Assembly (NCBI GenBank): GCA_963770935.1
Contig: CAVYRJ010000008.1
Span: forward strand, 128,001 to 192,000
Direction: 5' to 3'
Length of the DNA: 64,000 bases
Source of the DNA: Candidatus Bathyarchaeota archaeon
GTDB lineage: Archaea; Thermoproteota; Bathyarchaeia; Bathyarchaeales; Bathycorpusculaceae
The position numbers were made by a program, and so were the translations under genes. A model generated the notes under the pieces. It was not told where the DNA came from and did not search any database. It worked only from the letters and a program-made list of their open reading frames with translations. Below, piece by piece: positions 41,818 to 52,831 of the stretch (position 1 is the stretch's first letter; each line of letters opens with the position of its first letter).

Positions 41818-42782
41818 TTATTTTCTCATCAGACGCGATATCGCATACAGTGTAATGGCTGTTGACATCATGAAAAAGCCTATTAACATGAACGCTAAAG
41901 AGGCTAATGCAATGTTAGTGACTATTGAATGAGTGGCAACGTAAATATCCATCATCCAAACGCCAAACGCAATGCCTAATAATAAGTGATAGTTATTCCG
42001 GGTAAGCCAAGAAACATAAGTGGTCTATCTTCGACAACAAGTTTAACAATAGACATGACAAGACCGAATCCCGTGAGTGATTGGGTTTTCAGTTGAGGTT
42101 TCTACACCATGTGCTATTGTATTTGCAGGAGATCGGTACTTCACAAACCTTTAAGCCACTTTTGTCCACCGCTCGCAAAAGCTCCAAACTTGCACTCATG
42201 CCATTCTCAGACATAGACAAACGATCTAATGCTTGTTTGCTGTAGGCTCTAAAACCGCTCTGGGAGTCGCTTACATTTTTTTTGCCTGAGCAATTAGCGA
42301 GTTTTGTGATTACTTTTATGCCTATCTTTCTATAAAGCGGCATATCTGCAGTGCCATTTTTATCTATGAAACGACTGCCATAAACTACTTCGGCAACGCC
42401 TTCTTCAATGGGCTTAACGAAGCAGAGGAATCTCAGAGGCATCGTGTTGCCCATCAGAATCCAAAGTAACCAAAACATCAGCCCTCAACTCACGAGCCTT
42501 CTTAAACAGACTCTGTAGCGCTGCACCATAACCAAGATTTTGCTCATGACGAACAACCACTGCACCAAGGCGCTCAGCAATTTCACGAGTCATGTCAGAT
42601 GAACCATCATCACAAACAACCACAACATCTGCATGCTTCTGAGCTGACAAAACTACTCCTGCAATGCTTTTTTCTTCATTGAAAGCAGGGATACCAGCAA
42701 CTACCAACGGCTTTTGCAGATCTAAAAGACATGCCTTGCCCAAATCTAATTCGTTAACCAAAACCAAGTTCTGAGCCTTCAA
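41818..42782 (-). CDS. dolichol-phosphate glycosyltransferase-like GT2 with two C-terminal TM helices, multiply frameshifted
   Basis: IPAFNEE, DDGSSD, NLGYGAAL, LDSDGQH and DSQSGFRAY; EDRPLMFLGLPG and TM tail in shifted frames. Confidence 0.8.
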
Positions 42783-42794
42783 GTTTTAGACAGG

Positions 42795-43164
42795 TTAAAC
42801 GCTAAGATACCTAGCAAAGGCACGATCTTCAGCCCATAATGAAGCTGAATGGTTACCCCAACTAACTGCTATGTTACTTATTTTTCGGGCTAAAGGTAAA
42901 CCAACAGTCCTCGACCAACTTGTCTGCCATGCTCTCTATCGTTGTCTGCAGTTTTTCTATTATGGCCGTCACTACTTTGGCCAGCTTTGTGCTCTTTATG
43001 CTTTTAACGTATCGAACGGTGAGGTCTATTATTCCGCGTTCAACCCGATTGAGAGATCTAAACCAAACGCCATGTCTCAAAGCAGTCTTCTTGGTTTCAG
43101 CTAATTCTTTTACTGATAAAGGACTGCTTGACTGTATGGTCAGCTTTGAACCCCTCTCCTTCAT
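42795..43164 (-). CDS. hypothetical basic protein, frameshifted
   Basis: KKTALRHGVWFRSLNRVERGIIDL; shifted tail VGLPLARKISNIAVSWGN..A..WAED. Confidence 0.6.
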
Positions 43165-43325
43165 AAGAAGACGTTTTACTTCATAAGTGACTTAAAAGAC
43201 TTGTGAATCCTTACACATTAAATTAATAGCAAATTATTCCAAAAATTTTAGCAAATTAGAATAAAAAAATCAGCAATGATATTTTTGAGAATTTAACAAA
43301 AAAGAAAATATAGATTGGGAAAAAT

Positions 43326-43953
43326 TTACGAATTTTTCCTAAAGTACCAGACGCCTACAACAGCTAACAGAACAATAATAACTACAGATGCGGCAAGTGC
43401 AGCCCACGCAATGGGCGAAAAACCACTCATCACCATCTGAAACTAAAGTGGCGCCCCCAATAGCAAACAGTGGGTCGTCAACGCTAGTAACTGTGATAGT
43501 AAAGGTTTTTGCATTTGGATCGACAATTGCGGCTAATTCAGTGTAGGTGTCGGTAACGGGATTATACTTGAAAATCGAGTAAGGAGGTTGAATCCCTTGA
43601 ACATCATTATCGGTGTAGGGTATTGTAATTTGTGCCTGGCTAAAATCAGCAGCGTTCACATTGAAAGTGACAATTACGAAATGAGTTAATGAAATCCCCG
43701 ATGGAATGTTAGATGTAGGTTGAGGATTTTCAGTGCGAATTTCAGTGGTTACAGTTCCAGTGGAGCCAGGTGTGCCTTGAATTTCATATTTGACCCCAAA
43801 GTCGTCAATTATGGTGCAAGTCCCGTCGGATGAAAACGCGACGTTGGTAGTTACTGCGCCATCATATCGTGATTGTGCAACAACAGAGGAAATGGATAAA
43901 GAAAGTAATAACAACGTAAGTATAGCAAATAATTTTACTTTTATATTATTCAT
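43326..43953 (-). CDS. exported surface protein with C-terminal TM anchor (frameshift near 43420)
   Basis: Signal peptide and S-layer-like beta domain (AQITIPY..IFKYN..VD..AKTFT); shifted tail SPIAWAALAASVVIIVLLAVVGVWYFRKNS*. Confidence 0.7.
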
Positions 43954-44058
43954 TATTTTTTGCCCCTCAGATAGCGCTCAAATATCGTACGATTCACTTA
44001 AAAGCTTTACGAATCAGAAAACCATATTAAATGTCAGAAAAATCACCAAATATTAATG

Positions 44059-45942
44059 TTAAAAAGATACCTCAATACTCCCATTCAAAAGCACCAAAAA
44101 AACAAAAGCAAGAAACACTCCAAGCACCCATAAACGCCTGCCTTTACCCTCAACCCTAGAAGAAACCAACAGAATAACACTATACAGACCCAAACCAGAA
44201 AGAATCACCCAAGGCAGTATGAACAGAAACCGATTAAAAACAAAATCATTCGCAGCAAACAAAATAGACACACAAGCGACACAAATCCAAGAAACAAAGA
44301 AATTAGAAACATTAGACCTAATCCTCAACAAAACAATAAACCCAACAAAAGACAGAAAGACCAAAAGCCCACCAGAAAAAACCCCGCCTAAAGTAATATT
44401 CACTGCATGCCCCAACCCGCTCAAAAGATATGCGGGGTTAGGTAAACCTAAACCCGACTGAGCCGTGACAAATACAGATGCAGTAGACGAGGCAGGAGAT
44501 AATAGTTTACGCATCAAATCGCATAGTAAACCTACACCTATTGTAGCGACAACTAAAATGGCCTGCTTTTTAAACTGACTATACAACCCTCTATCATGGG
44601 TTGCCAAGCGCCATTGCATAAACAGAAACAGGCAAAGACTTAATGCAAAAACAAACCATGTCCAAGAATGCGAAAACAAAACAAGCACCGATACACTCAA
44701 CATAGCAAAGAAGCCTAAGATAGACCAAGAACCCAGAACCCTAAAGAACAAGAGCACATACACAAAAATCAGAATCAAAGCCATCATGTTGGCAAAATAA
44801 CCAGAGTATATTAAGCCTAAACTTTGAAAAGAAAATGGCACAAGTAAAACGCCTAAGACCCAAACCATCCTGTTTTTGCAAAAGAGACGTAACACTAACA
44901 AAGAAACGACTCCCAACAAAACGATTAGAAAAGCAGCTAAGAATTGAACGACATTAACGGTTGAAGTAAAGAAAGACAGGGTATAACATAAAACCAAGAG
45001 CAAAGCCCTATCGTTGCCCAAAGCAAATGATAATGCAGAATTAACATCAATGCTGCGCATATGGTTTATCCAATTATAGTAAACAGCAGAGTCAACGCTG
45101 ACCAACATCCCGGTTGGATTATTCCAAGGTAAAACGGTGAATAAAACAAACAAACACGAGATAATCGACGAAATCAAAACAGCCAAAACAACATATCTAT
45201 CACGGATAAATCCAAAACCACCATCACCACCTCTAAACAAACCTATCAAACTGCCAACAACCCTTTCAGCCCTAATCTTCGCAATTAACTTCGACCATCT
45301 ACCGGGTAAAACTCGAAAAACAAAAGCCCCAACACCACACACGACAAACAACAAATAAATGTAGGGCAAAAACGGATTGGGCAAACTTGAAAAAGACACC
45401 TCTACCCTACTCCAATGCGAACCTAAAGCCTCAGCATCCAAACCCAGAGCAGAAGGAACAGTAAACAAGACAAAACTTGCCATCTCAATAAACAAAACAA
45501 TCAGCAACCCTCCAAAGAGCATTCGCAAAAACAAGGCGCTCCGATGAATGCCGAACATATCAGGAGCAAACACGAAACAAAAGCTCAAAAGAAAGCCACT
45601 TATCAAAACTAAAGACTGGACGCTAACAAAGCCAAGAAACACTAAAAATACCCAAATTGCTATACTGCACAAGAGAACAAGTAGACCTACTCCTGATAAT
45701 TGTCGATGCCCTTTGACATTTCTTAATTTTAAATTAATACCTAACCATGTCAAGACGACAAAAGCAGCGATTCCCCAAACTGCAATATCCAAAGGACCGG
45801 ACAATATGCTTCCACTAACTGTCCGCTCAACCATTGCTCTATTGGATAAAATAAAATATTGAAGGCCGAAGCTGCTAGCTAAGTAAAACAATGCGTAGAC
45901 TAGGCATATGGCAAGGGAGAACTCTGCTGCCCAAAGCAGCAA
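44059..45942 (-). CDS. polytopic membrane protein, possibly GT-C fold
   Basis: 627 aa, very hydrophobic; luminal VSVDSAVYY loop and HSWTW; the 5' end is probably frameshifted. Confidence 0.7.
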   Translation of the reverse strand: MLLWAAEFSLAICLVYALFYLASSFGLQYFILSNRAMVERTVSGSILSGPLDIAVWGIAAFVVLTWLGINLKLRNVKGHRQLSGVGLLVLLCSIAIWVFLVFLGFVSVQSLVLISGFLLSFCFVFAPDMFGIHRSALFLRMLFGGLLIVLFIEMASFVLFTVPSALGLDAEALGSHWSRVEVSFSSLPNPFLPYIYLLFVVCGVGAFVFRVLPGRWSKLIAKIRAERVVGSLIGLFRGGDGGFGFIRDRYVVLAVLISSIISCLFVLFTVLPWNNPTGMLVSVDSAVYYNWINHMRSIDVNSALSFALGNDRALLLVLCYTLSFFTSTVNVVQFLAAFLIVLLGVVSLLVLRLFCKNRMVWVLGVLLVPFSFQSLGLIYSGYFANMMALILIFVYVLLFFRVLGSWSILGFFAMLSVSVLVLFSHSWTWFVFALSLCLFLFMQWRLATHDRGLYSQFKKQAILVVATIGVGLLCDLMRKLLSPASSTASVFVTAQSGLGLPNPAYLLSGLGHAVNITLGGVFSGGLLVFLSFVGFIVLLRIRSNVSNFFVSWICVACVSILFAANDFVFNRFLFILPWVILSGLGLYSVILLVSSRVEGKGRRLWVLGVFLAFVFLVLLNGSIEVSF

Positions 45943-46056
45943 CTTTCTGGTCTACGCGTTTTGTCGGCAACATGCTGTTAACCATTTAGTAAGATACAAG
46001 TAGGTATAGTTTCCCGCTTAAAGCTTACTTAGTTATAATACATTTAGAACTGGATT

Positions 46057-46554
46057 TTAAGCAAGAAAACCTGCTAATTCAACTAACAAACCAATTATCA
46101 ACCCGCCGATTAGCAATCTTAAAGAGAAAGGTAATCGGTTCATACCAAAGAAATCTGAGGAAAATACAACACACAAACTCAAGAGTAAGATGCTAATTGG
46201 AACTATAGCTATCGTACCAACGAAGCCAAAAATAACCGCACATGCTCCAACTGCCATGCTACAGATGGCAACCAACAAACCTATGCCCACGTATGATCGG
46301 TAATAGCCTTTGACCATGTTTAACTCTAAATCGTAGCCTAACCGAGCCAGGATAATGAAGACTGCAATTGCCCAGACAGCTGTACCCAAAGAACCAGTCA
46401 AAATGTCTTGATCAAGGAAATTTAGAGTATTAGCTAAGTAGAATAATGTGTAGACTAAGCATATGGCAAGCGGCACCAACGTTGCCCAAAGCAAAAGATT
46501 TTTCTTGTTAAAGCGTTCTGACATCAACACAGTCAATACATCCGATTTAGTCAA
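46057..46554 (-). CDS. short paralogue of the N-terminus of 44059-45942
   Basis: LLWATLVPLAICLVYTLFYLA vs LLWAAEFSLAICLVYALFYLA; FFGMNR..LRLLIGGL..E vs MFGIHR..LRMLFGGL..E. Confidence 0.7.
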   Translation of the reverse strand: MTKSDVLTVLMSERFNKKNLLLWATLVPLAICLVYTLFYLANTLNFLDQDILTGSLGTAVWAIAVFIILARLGYDLELNMVKGYYRSYVGIGLLVAICSMAVGACAVIFGFVGTIAIVPISILLLSLCVVFSSDFFGMNRLPFSLRLLIGGLIIGLLVELAGFLA

Positions 46555-47396
46555 GTAGATACGAAATACCGCTTAAAGCTTACTGATTAAAAATTCATAA
46601 CTCAGATAACAAAAAACGATTTTATTGCAAAGCTCTTCTTAACCCTATGTTTTAGCATGTTATTTCTAAAACCAGAATATTTTCTTTTTAGAAACTTGAC
46701 ATAAAAGCTTGAGGTAATGGCTTTATGTCGAAGGGAATCGGCTTAAATGAAGGATTTGACGAAAGTTGACTTTAGTTTTTATGTACTAGCTGCCGATATC
46801 GGTGCACTCTTACCCATAAATTATATTAACATTGTAATCTTAACTCAGGGAGGTGTAACCCTTTTTGAAAACAACCTATTCATTATCACAGCTGAAGCAG
46901 TCGGTACAATAGCTTTAACGGGATTAAACGTGACGTGGCTTCTAAATAAATTCAAGGTCCTCGCAAAGAAAAAGAAATACGGAATCTTGTTTGAAAATAA
47001 GAAGGACTTTTCATAATTTGCAGAGATAAAAACAAAGTGGACGATTTTAGCAAATAAATCCGCCTTGGGACTGTAATGAAGAAACGATAGAATAAGAATA
47101 ACGTCTTATTCGAAAAAATTTGCGTTTCTCTGCTCTCCTCAATTATGCCTGGATACGATGAACACAACATTGACCTGAAGAGTGTTTTGAAATTCGTTTT
47201 CTTATGCACTGGTCCTCCAATAAAGCAAGATAGGGCTGCCGTTACTGCTGTAAACATCAAGACCGCGGCTATAAGGGGTGTAATACGCTTGAACTTTCCA
47301 ATATTCGTGATTCTCATCATATCTCAATATACCATACACTGAACACATTAAACTTACATATTTTTTAACGCTAACACCAATTTAATAGTACATACA

Positions 47397-47981
47397 TTAT
47401 TTTTTCCAAACATCGTCTTCAGGAGCACCTTTTTGTTTTAAGGACAAAATTGCTCCGCAGTAAAGGCATTGTTGAACTATGTTTGATGGCTTAGGCGGTC
47501 CAAAATCTACTATCAGGTCTCCTAGGTAAATTGGTAGTTCAAATTCCCTTCTGCAAGCTGGACAAATCACTTTGCTAGGTTTAATTTTTAATCGATTTTT
47601 CTTTTCTGGCACCATGGATTGAAGGATTTTATCGTTAGGCTCTGTTTTACTAATGGTTTCTTGGGAATTGAGTGGTAAGGGCGTAGTGTTAGATGCACTT
47701 TCCGATTCTTTAACGCCCTCAATGATTTGTGATTTTTGTTCTTTTGGACATAGATCAGCATTACGCTTATCTCTTACAACAATCGTCAGAAAAATTATGG
47801 TCAAAGCGACTGCCATGGCTAAAGCCGCAAAAACAACAATGTCGTTAACGAACACTGGTGTAGGAAATAGATTGAAAACTTTAATGTTTGCAAAAAACAA
47901 TAAACCAATTACAATAATCGCCATAATTAAGAAGAGTATTTGCCCCTTTGAGAATTTCTGCAATTTTGTCAATTGTAACAC
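47397..47981 (-). CDS. membrane protein with C-terminal zinc ribbon
   Basis: Two TM helices, a linker, then CPAC...CLYCG. Confidence 0.65.
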   Translation of the reverse strand: MLQLTKLQKFSKGQILFLIMAIIVIGLLFFANIKVFNLFPTPVFVNDIVVFAALAMAVALTIIFLTIVVRDKRNADLCPKEQKSQIIEGVKESESASNTTPLPLNSQETISKTEPNDKILQSMVPEKKNRLKIKPSKVICPACRREFELPIYLGDLIVDFGPPKPSNIVQQCLYCGAILSLKQKGAPEDDVWKK

Positions 47982-48316
47982 TCGAATAAGCTATTGAAGA
48001 CTAATCAATAAGAATTTTGGCTTTCTTGATCTTAATCTCGAGAAGACATTAAAACACAAAAGACTCAAAATAAGCGTTAAAAAACACGCCGCATGTAACC
48101 CAAGACAATGGTTGACTAAATTTCCTCGTGAGAAAAATTGTTGTTGTTACTGCTGCTGCAACTGCTGCAACTTTTTTCCTGCCCATGTGTTGCAGCAACT
48201 ACAGAATTTAAACCGAATTAAATAACTTACCCTTAACCGAAAAGGCGACTTTTATCCACATAATACTTGAATCTTAATCAAAGCTCTCAACAGCATTTTT
48301 AACTGTCAAAATTCAC

Positions 48317-49598
48317 CTATTTTCCAGAATTTTCTTTGATTAGTTCTTCAAGGATTTCTTTGGCTCGATCTACGCGAACTTTGCGTTCCTTAACCATTCG
48401 CTCTGCAACAAAATCTATTTGTGCATTTTTGGCACCTGCTGTAACAGCGATGTTTCTTGCGTGAAGTGACATATGCCCTCGCTGAATACCTTCATTGGAT
48501 AAAGCTCTTAACGCACCTAGGTTTTGGGCTAAGCCTACTGCTGCCAGGACTTCACCAAACTCGTTAGCGGACTTGACATTGAGGATTTTCATTGCAATTC
48601 GGGCAATTGGATGAGTTTTTACTGCGCCACCAATTAAGCCCACAGCCATCGGCAACTCGATTAAGCCTTCTAAGTCTCCGTTTGCATTCTTTGTCCATTT
48701 CGATAAAGATGTGTATGGCCCATTAAATGCAGCGTAAGCGTGTGCTCCTGCCTCAATTGCTCGGTGGTCGTTGCCAGTCGCTAAAACCACAGCGATTATT
48801 CCGTTAAGGGCTCCCTTATTGTGTGTGGCTGCACGGTAGGGGTCAGCGGCTGCAAAAGCGGAGGCATAAGCAATTCCATCCACGACTTCCTCTCCACCCA
48901 ACGCTTCTTTGGGAACAGTGCACCAAGCTTTTGCAAGGCGCTTTACTGCTAGATTGGAGATTATTCTAAGGTAAACATGTCCACCTGTAAGTTGCTCAAT
49001 TTCTGGTGCAATTGCCTCCGCCATCGTGTTAACTGCATTCGCACCCATTGCATCTCGGCAATCAACAAACAAATGAACAATGAGCATTTGACCCATACTT
49101 GTTTCAATGACTCGGGCGTCTAAGTCTTTAGCTCCTCCGCCAAACGAATTAAGAACTGGGTCTTGGTCATTTGCTTTCTTAAGCAGATCTAATTTTGCGT
49201 CTAAAACTTGGTTCTCTAGCGGTTTTTGCGTCTTTGATTTTTACAACTTGGATTTGCCCAATCATTACTGGTGCCGTACTGCTTGTGTGAAATCCTCCAC
49301 CATCACGAACCATCTTAGCTGCGTAGCTGGCTGCTGCAATAACGCTTGGCTCTTCAGTTGCCATAGGGATAAGGTAGTCTTTGCCGTTGATTTGGAAGTT
49401 AACGCCAACGCCCATGGGCTCTGGGAAGACGCCGATGAAGTTTTCCACCATATGGTCCGCAACATCCATTGGCAAAGAACAAGTTTCCTGAAGTAAACAC
49501 GCCTCTTCCTCGGTTAAGCCCGCAAAATCCTTTATGATTGCAAGTCGCTCTTTTGGCGAGAGCTTGTAGAAACCTGAGATTACAGATGACTTAGCCAT
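48317..49598 (-). CDS. mvaA: class II hydroxymethylglutaryl-CoA reductase; frameshift near 49210
   Basis: ENFIG, PMATEEPSVIAAAS, DAMGANAVN, RAATHNKG and EGIQRGHM motifs. Confidence 0.92.
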
Positions 49599-49674
49599 TC
49601 CTTACCACTGTGCAACTAGCTGTTTGGGTTTTCGCATTTAAACTTTAACCAAAGCTCAGCCCAAAGGATTGTGC

Positions 49675-50694
49675 TTACAGGGTAGTTTGACCGTTTGTTC
49701 GGGGCATTGCAATAGCGGAAACGCCTAAGCGCTTATTGATTTCCTTAGCTAACGCATCGCCGTTGCTTCGGAAGTTATCAGTGATAACCTGCTTTGCTTT
49801 GGAGCGCTTAACGTATTCGATTAACCCGTCAAAATCCGAGTGGTCACTGAGCGCCACCAAATGCTCTCTATCTCCGATTTGTCTGCAGGGCGAATGAAAC
49901 TCCCAACCGCTGACACAAATACGTGCATTCCGCAAACCCACATGTTGCCGCGAATTCATATGATAAAACGCTACGCAGGGTAGATTTCCATCTAAAAGTT
50001 CATGTCCGTCTTTATCAGTCGACAACGAGAGGCATCCAAGGCGCATCCCATGTTTCTCACAAACCTTCGTAACCTCAAAAACACGTTCAGGCATGACAAA
50101 AGGCACTTCAACGTCTGCTTTGCGCAGAATTTGCATAATTTCTTGAAGTTTGCCATGGTAACCAAACACATAAACTGAGCCGCCTCGAAGCCGTTTCTCA
50201 ATCATCGAAACCAAAAGTTCCCGCACATCAATGTCAAAATTGCGCCTACACGAAGGACTCCCATACGTCGCTTCAACAACCAAAACATCGCATTCGACAA
50301 CCGGTGTCCCATCCAGCCTAAAATCGCCAGTCCAAACAATACGTATACCCCCAGCATCCTCAACCAAAACCTGTGCAGCACCCAAAATGTGATCAGCTTT
50401 GAGGAGACTGATTTTCTCATCTTTGTACTTGAGAACTTTACCGTACTCGAGAGTTTTTATTGATGCCGAGCCTTTGAGCTTAAGCGATCCATTAAGGGTT
50501 TGCGTAAGATCTCTTGTGGCTTTAGTCATCAAAACCTTCTCACAACGCTTCAAGCTACTGCGCAAACCGTATAGGTGGTCTGCATGTGCATGGGTTACAA
50601 CCCTAAGAGGTCTTGATGCGTCGTGAGCGTCGCAGGCGACACTGTCACCTAGCAAAACAGCGCCACTCTTAGTTACCAGAGCCCTTTCAGCCAA
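49675..50694 (-). CDS. metallo-beta-lactamase fold nuclease (beta-CASP-like)
   Basis: THAHADH, HILGA, TGDF, EATYG and SDHSD motifs. Confidence 0.85.
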   Translation of the reverse strand: MAERALVTKSGAVLLGDSVACDAHDASRPLRVVTHAHADHLYGLRSSLKRCEKVLMTKATRDLTQTLNGSLKLKGSASIKTLEYGKVLKYKDEKISLLKADHILGAAQVLVEDAGGIRIVWTGDFRLDGTPVVECDVLVVEATYGSPSCRRNFDIDVRELLVSMIEKRLRGGSVYVFGYHGKLQEIMQILRKADVEVPFVMPERVFEVTKVCEKHGMRLGCLSLSTDKDGHELLDGNLPCVAFYHMNSRQHVGLRNARICVSGWEFHSPCRQIGDREHLVALSDHSDFDGLIEYVKRSKAKQVITDNFRSNGDALAKEINKRLGVSAIAMPRTNGQTTL

Positions 50695-50712
50695 GCCTTA
50701 TCCGTCTGCCAT

Positions 50713-51111
50713 CTAAGTTTTTTCTGCCAGCCACTCAATTAATTGCTGTGGATTATCTGTCTCTATACTGACTCTTATTGGACCCAGCGGTGATTCGGCG
50801 GTTTCCTCCGAGAAAGAAACGTGCCCTGCAAAAGCTACCTGCTTGTTTAAACAAAAGGAAATCATGTTTCCACGGATTGATTTGAAGAACAATTTTCTGG
50901 ATGCATCACGGATCCGATCATTACTCAGTAGGTTACGGAGTTTAATGAGTGAATCTTGCCCCTTTGCTAAAGCGGTTAAGGTGCTGCCTTTGAGGGAGGG
51001 CTTAATTGATATGGCGGTATTGCTTAAAACGTTGTTCACTGCCGCTTTAACGTTGTCTTCGCTTTCAGTGGGGTAAATTTCCGTTTCCACAAAAACTCTT
51101 ACTTCAGCCAT
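50713..51111 (-). CDS. UPF0201/DUF54 putative RNA-binding protein
   Basis: IYPTESEDNV, LNKQVAFAG and SPLGPI motifs. Confidence 0.88.
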   Translation of the reverse strand: MAEVRVFVETEIYPTESEDNVKAAVNNVLSNTAISIKPSLKGSTLTALAKGQDSLIKLRNLLSNDRIRDASRKLFFKSIRGNMISFCLNKQVAFAGHVSFSEETAESPLGPIRVSIETDNPQQLIEWLAEKT

Positions 51112-51665
51112 TTCTCCTCAACCCTCTTCAAAGACTCTTTCACTTTAGATTTAACCTGTTCGAAACTATTATCATTCACTATCATCTGTCCAGCCATCGC
51201 TATAACATTTCCCAACCCAACACTAAGCTCACGCATGTCGCGTTCATAGAAAACTTTCCATTCAGCGGTATCGTCGCTACGACGGCGGTTGGATAAGCGG
51301 TTAAAACGTGTTTCGGGAGAAGCATGAACTGCAAGGAGGCTGAATTTTGAAAAATGTTTTTTGAAAATGTCGGCTTCGTGGAGGCTTCTTAACCCGTCAA
51401 CTAGCACTTTGGGGCTGGTTTGTTCTTCAATTTTTGGAATGCATTTCTCGGCGATAACATAGTTCCCGCCTTCTTCTCGCAGTTGCAACATAACTTTTCC
51501 TACATTCTGAGGAGTCAATTCTAAACCTCGTTTAAGCGTTTCTTGCCTAATCACGTCGCCCATAACCACAATGTCGTAGCCCAGTTCGCGTGCTGTATCA
51601 ACGACAATTGATTTCCCTGAACCAGGCATCCCTGCTAAACCAATAACTAGTTTGTCAGCGGTCAC
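51099..51665 (-). CDS. UPF0200 P-loop nucleotide kinase (dephospho-CoA kinase-like)
   Basis: GMPGSGKS, MGDVIR, VDGLRS and RD.REL..G motifs. Confidence 0.88.
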   Translation of the reverse strand: MTADKLVIGLAGMPGSGKSIVVDTARELGYDIVVMGDVIRQETLKRGLELTPQNVGKVMLQLREEGGNYVIAEKCIPKIEEQTSPKVLVDGLRSLHEADIFKKHFSKFSLLAVHASPETRFNRLSNRRRSDDTAEWKVFYERDMRELSVGLGNVIAMAGQMIVNDNSFEQVKSKVKESLKRVEEKWLK

Positions 51666-51964
51666 GTAACTTACCTTTTTGGTTCATATTAGCAAGCGTC
51701 TCCATTAAAAGAGTTTGTTTTTAAAATAGAGTTGCAAACTATTTCGTTTTCTTCTGACTATATAAATTAAAATGATTCCACTAAGACAATAAAGTCACTT
51801 GTCCACTATTTTAATGGTAACAAAAACCAGAGCTTATACAAATATCCAAAAAACATCTCTTGCCAGCACAGATTTTTTGTATTTTTCAATGCGATTAATT
51901 ATAAATCAAGTCTCCTGCGCTATTCTGTTAAGAACAAATATACTGTTTAGTTGTTGTTTGAGGA

Positions 51965-52711
51965 TTGAGGGTTATGGTCGAGAGCGAAACAAATAATGAA
52001 ACATCAGTGGAATTCAACGCTGCGGTTAAGCTAAAAAACGCAATTTCTTTTAAAAACGCAGGAAAATACGAAAGCGCCTTAATGTCAATCGAAGAAGCCA
52101 TAGCGCTTCAAGAAAATTATGTTGATGCTTGGATTATGAAAGGAGTAATCTTGGGTCAGTGGGGAAGATGCGCTGAATCCTTAAAATGCTACGACAAAAT
52201 ACTTGAGATTGATCCTCGCTGTGCAAACGCGTGGCATCTTAAGGCCGCCACATTTAGCATGCAGAATCGGTATGACCAAGCCGTCGATTGCGAGATTAAA
52301 GCAATTGAGATTGAGCCAGAAAACATGGATCTTTATTTGCGCTTGGCAGCGTTTTATCAAAAACTAAAAAAGTTTGAAGACGCCCAAAAATGCTACGAAG
52401 AATTACTAAAACAGAAACCTAACAACCCACAAATCCACTATCTAATCGGAATTTCCCACGGAAACAGGGGCGATTTCCAAAAAGCGCTAGATTCAATTGA
52501 CCGAGCTTTAGGGTTAAAGGCTGATTTTACTGAGGCTTTAATTGTTAAAGGGGTTCTTTTAGCGAAACTTGGCAGAGCAGATGAAGCTAAACTTTGCGCA
52601 GACAAAGTGTTGGAAATAAAAAATGAGTCAGAGAAGCCAAAGCCCGCTCAATCGAACTTGCCTAACTATTTCCAAAAAGATTTTTCATCTACCCAAACCT
52701 CAAAAAAGTAA
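51965..52711 (+). CDS. tetratricopeptide repeat protein
   Basis: Multiple TPR units (AW..KG...YDK.LE.DP). Confidence 0.85.
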   Translation: MRVMVESETNNETSVEFNAAVKLKNAISFKNAGKYESALMSIEEAIALQENYVDAWIMKGVILGQWGRCAESLKCYDKILEIDPRCANAWHLKAATFSMQNRYDQAVDCEIKAIEIEPENMDLYLRLAAFYQKLKKFEDAQKCYEELLKQKPNNPQIHYLIGISHGNRGDFQKALDSIDRALGLKADFTEALIVKGVLLAKLGRADEAKLCADKVLEIKNESEKPKPAQSNLPNYFQKDFSSTQTSKK

Positions 52712-52831
52712 AAACCAAAATCGAATGGAAGAAAAGATAATGAACAAACGTGGGTGCATCTCCAGAAAGAAACGAATAATTTAAAAAGCATTTATGATGG
52801 TTATGTGTTAAAATTACTTGAAGGAACAATA

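Noticed and set aside
46747-47342. Three overlapping short ORFs
   Set aside because: They conflict with each other and none has recognisable features; a real small membrane gene cannot be picked out.
48252-48260. TTATCCACA, a perfect DnaA box
   Set aside because: A single copy in an archaeal context; archaeal origins use ORB elements and no cdc6 is nearby.
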